A DNA stretch of 64,000 bases from Bilabrum cf. latius (lineage: Eukaryota). Numbering within the stretch: the first letter of the stretch is position 1; every line of letters starts with the position of its first letter. Of the stretch, positions 62,481-64,000 are shown piece after piece. The notes under the pieces are model-generated. The model was not told where the DNA came from. It saw nothing but the letters and a program-made list of their open reading frames with translations, and did no database searches. The stretch lies in NCBI GenBank assembly GCA_965178125.1, contig OZ237764.1, positions 62,001 through 126,000 of the forward strand, in the 5' to 3' direction. The position numbers and the translations under genes are program-made.

Positions 62481-64000
62481 ATGGAAATGAGCCACAACGA
62501 GCTGAGAGAACTCCAAAACGGTGAGCTGCCCGTTGTCTACTCCCAACTCCGACTCATTCGTTTGGATGGCCTAATACAGCGGAACATAAATGGTAGAATA
62601 GATTTCTTAGTTAGGCATTGAGGCAACGATTGGCGCCAAGTTGTCGCATAGTTAGTGGTCCGTGGAACTGGGTGTTTCCGTTCGGTTGCAGTACGCTCTT
62701 CTTTCGCAGGCTTCGTGGGGTACAAGGTGAACAAGAAAGGAAACTACAGCAAAGTGAGAAAAAATTGTCTAGTATACTAGTCAGAGCTTCGCCTGCCTTG
62801 CATTTAATACCTCTAAGCTCCACACAACACGGCGACGCAGAAAGCTGTGTTTTTTACATCTGACGGTTGCAAGCTGGGCTGGAAGCCATCTAAGAACGCA
62901 ACAGAGTACAGTGAGTGGACATGCACGAGTCTATTTTGTAGCTATCCGTACTCAGAGGTTCCACCTCGATGGTGTCCCGCTTCCCTACCCGCAGTCCCGC
63001 TGCAAGAGATCGAGCATGTCGCCGGGATCACACACGATGATAGCTGGCAGTCCTTCCTGGGAACGTATGCAGCAACTCTGCGGAAGCAGCTCAGCACGGA
63101 TCGTGCTGTTGATACTCCCGACTCCACGGTGGTGGAGCTAGAGAAACTGGGAGGAGCAAAGGGCGGCTGGGCCTCGTGGGCCGCCAGAGTGTTCCGCCTC
63201 CGCGGCAGGGAGCTCGCCTACCACAAAGGGTCCCTGGACCAGCCCATGGCAGGCACCATAGACGTCCCACTTGGCACAGGGGTGGAGACGCGCGGGGAGG
63301 GCCCCGTCCACATGCTGCTGCGGCCCCCGGCCCAGGCGGAGGGCCCCGTCAGGGAGCTGAGGTCCAGCGACACTGCTGCGGTGGCCAGGCTGAGCGCAGC
63401 GATCCGGACCTCGTGCAGTGTGCCGCTGCACCGATGCCTGCAGCAGGCTGCATCCATTGCGGAGGGCAGGGGCATGGAGCCAGATCGAGGAGGAGGTGCA
63501 CCTGGCTCTGGCTCTGGGTCGTCGCTTGAAGCCCGCGCGACGAGGGCGGGCACTGGCACCGGCATCAGTGCACTTGGTGCTGCCGCCAGCCGCTGCATAG
63601 GCGAAGCGGCCGGGAGCACACCCCGGGAAGCAGACCGGTCGGAGGACTTTGCCAGCCTCATGGGCCGACGGGCGATCACAATCGTCACACGCCGCCGGTC
63701 TCTCCGTCTGGTGGCCAGCAGCCCTGCCAACGCCTCCAGGCTGCTGTTCCTGCTGTCCTCGCACCTCATGCAGAGAGAGCAAGGAGGGGCCACTGGATCC
63801 GCCGGGAGAGGTCCCACTGTGCCTGGCCTGGATGCCGTGCAGCGGGCCTCTGCAGTGCTGGCGCGGCCCCTGGAGAGCGAGCCACCGATCAGGGCCTCGG
63901 CTGCGGGGGTGCTCCTGAGGGCGGGGCGGGCATGGGAGGCGCTGGGGCTGGTGTGCACCCGCGGCACGGAGGGATGCCCCGCCTGCATGGAGGTGCGGGG
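62481..64000 (+). CDS. PH-domain protein (3' partial), split PH with a nested second PH
   Basis: Predicted exons 62481-62520, 62710-62753, 62841-62910 and 62995->64000, with all phases consistent. Protein: ELQNGFVGYKVNKKGNYSKKAVFFTSDGCKLGWKPSK..IPLQEIEHV, then LEKLGGAKGGWASWAARVFRLRGRELAYHK..AGTIDV, then AITIVTRRRSLRLVASSPANASRLL. Open to the window end. Confidence 0.7.

Noticed and set aside
1-64000. Mass pseudogenisation, C-to-T deamination/RIP or sequencing error as the source of in-frame stops
   Set aside because: Those processes would also create TAA (from CAA), TGA (from CGA) and frameshifts. Only TAG is seen internally, including in essential genes such as bystin.
1-64000. Ciliate-type code (UAA and UAG both Gln), or pyrrolysine/selenocysteine recoding
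   Set aside because: No internal TAA was found, and TAA terminates PLGRKT and the small ORF. TAG maps to conserved Gln in ordinary proteins, and TGA is the common terminator.
1-64000. Prokaryotic or phage origin with an amber-recoded code
   Set aside because: Spliceosomal GT-AG introns restore conserved motifs, and the genes are eukaryote-specific (bystin, RhoGAP, PX, bZIP, PLGRKT).

Overview
This is GC-rich, gene-dense eukaryotic nuclear DNA from a protist. The style suggests a stramenopile such as a bicosoecid, but that is inference only. Genes carry short GT-AG introns, almost all near their 5' ends. The main observation is a non-standard nuclear genetic code. In-frame TAG codons occur roughly 100 times (hand count) inside otherwise intact genes. 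They fall on conserved glutamines: GMD KFY[TAG]ASTSE, YebC/TACO1 EDV[TAG]HVYHN, PLGRKT AY[TAG]YD, bystin AKE[TAG]QEE, bZIP ESR[TAG]RRK. Every complete gene model ends in TGA or TAA, and no in-frame TAA or TGA was seen. This implies UAG=Gln with UAA/UGA=stop (translation-table-15-like, UAG uncoupled from UAA). Read this way, the fragmented ORF track collapses into about 22 genes. In window order: IQ coiled-coil protein, PX + degenerate nucleotidyltransferase + OST-HTH-like + PAM2 protein, GMD, PHD/EGLN-like hydroxylase, bZIP, EEP hydrolase, BCH-RhoGAP, TACO1, CK1/VRK-like kinase, PLGRKT, a giant low-complexity protein, SUT/SLC45 transporter, LRR protein, LLPH-like protein, bystin, ankyrin/B-box/RGS/IQ protein, a small membrane protein, a GT41 with a predicted signal peptide, RPL44/eL42, sulfatase, HERP-like UBL protein and a nested-PH protein. 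No tRNA, rRNA, CRISPR array or mobile element was recognised. All exon boundaries and domain calls were made by eye.
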